Assembly (NCBI GenBank): GCA_002633005.1
Contig: NMRA01000228.1
Location: 8,676-72,675, forward strand
Reading direction: 5' to 3'
Source of the DNA: Phoronis australis
Lineage: Eukaryota > Animalia > Phoronida
Length of the DNA: 64,000 nt
The notes beneath the pieces were generated by a model. It did no database searches and was not told where the DNA came from. It saw only the letters and a program-made list of their open reading frames with translations. Below are positions 63,862 to 64,000 of this stretch, piece after piece (position 1 is the first letter of the stretch; each line of letters opens with the position of its first letter). Made by a program: the position numbers and the translations under genes.

Positions 63862-64000
63862 ATTCTTCACATTGAACAAAAAATTTCACCAGATTGCCCA
63901 AATGAATATTCAATTCCAAGTTCACACATACATAATGTTGAGATTAAGCAGGATTCTGAGTTCGCGCACAAGCTTTTCAGCGAATTTTGCCTCACACGGG

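Noticed and set aside
230-63925. Most 60-140 aa ORFs in the supplied track
   Set aside because: No family motifs; they are chance ORFs, repeat-derived ORFs or antisense shadows of the exons and transposons listed.
59385-64000. First coding exon of UCP4
   Set aside because: No phase-1 exon encoding the expected first transmembrane helix was found by eye; it probably lies beyond the window.

Overview
Repeat-rich, AT-rich genomic DNA from an animal, most likely a non-vertebrate metazoan; nothing here looks prokaryotic. I built two spliced minus-strand genes by hand, with GT-AG sites and consistent phases. The first is a complete 10-coding-exon SLC15/POT transporter (33992->20765, 506 aa, SLC15A3/A4-like, with altered family motifs). 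The second is 9 exons of mitochondrial uncoupling protein UCP4/SLC25A27 (59384->42784); its first coding exon was not found and probably lies right of the window. Most other recognisable sequence is decayed transposons: a BEL/Pao LTR element, CR1/L2 fragments, a pogo-like element, Helentron/DINE-like repeats, many MITEs and four THAP-bearing DNA-transposon relics. The most notable observations are: a THAP domain that reassembles in frame once a 2.5-kb nest of insertions is removed; a convergent THAP + P2X7-ballast-like (KolX-like) relic; a Kolobok element built from two inverted left ends; and arrays of same-orientation CTCF-like motifs carried by an intronic repeat. I found no intact novel protein-coding system. 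All calls come from reading by eye; no searches were run.
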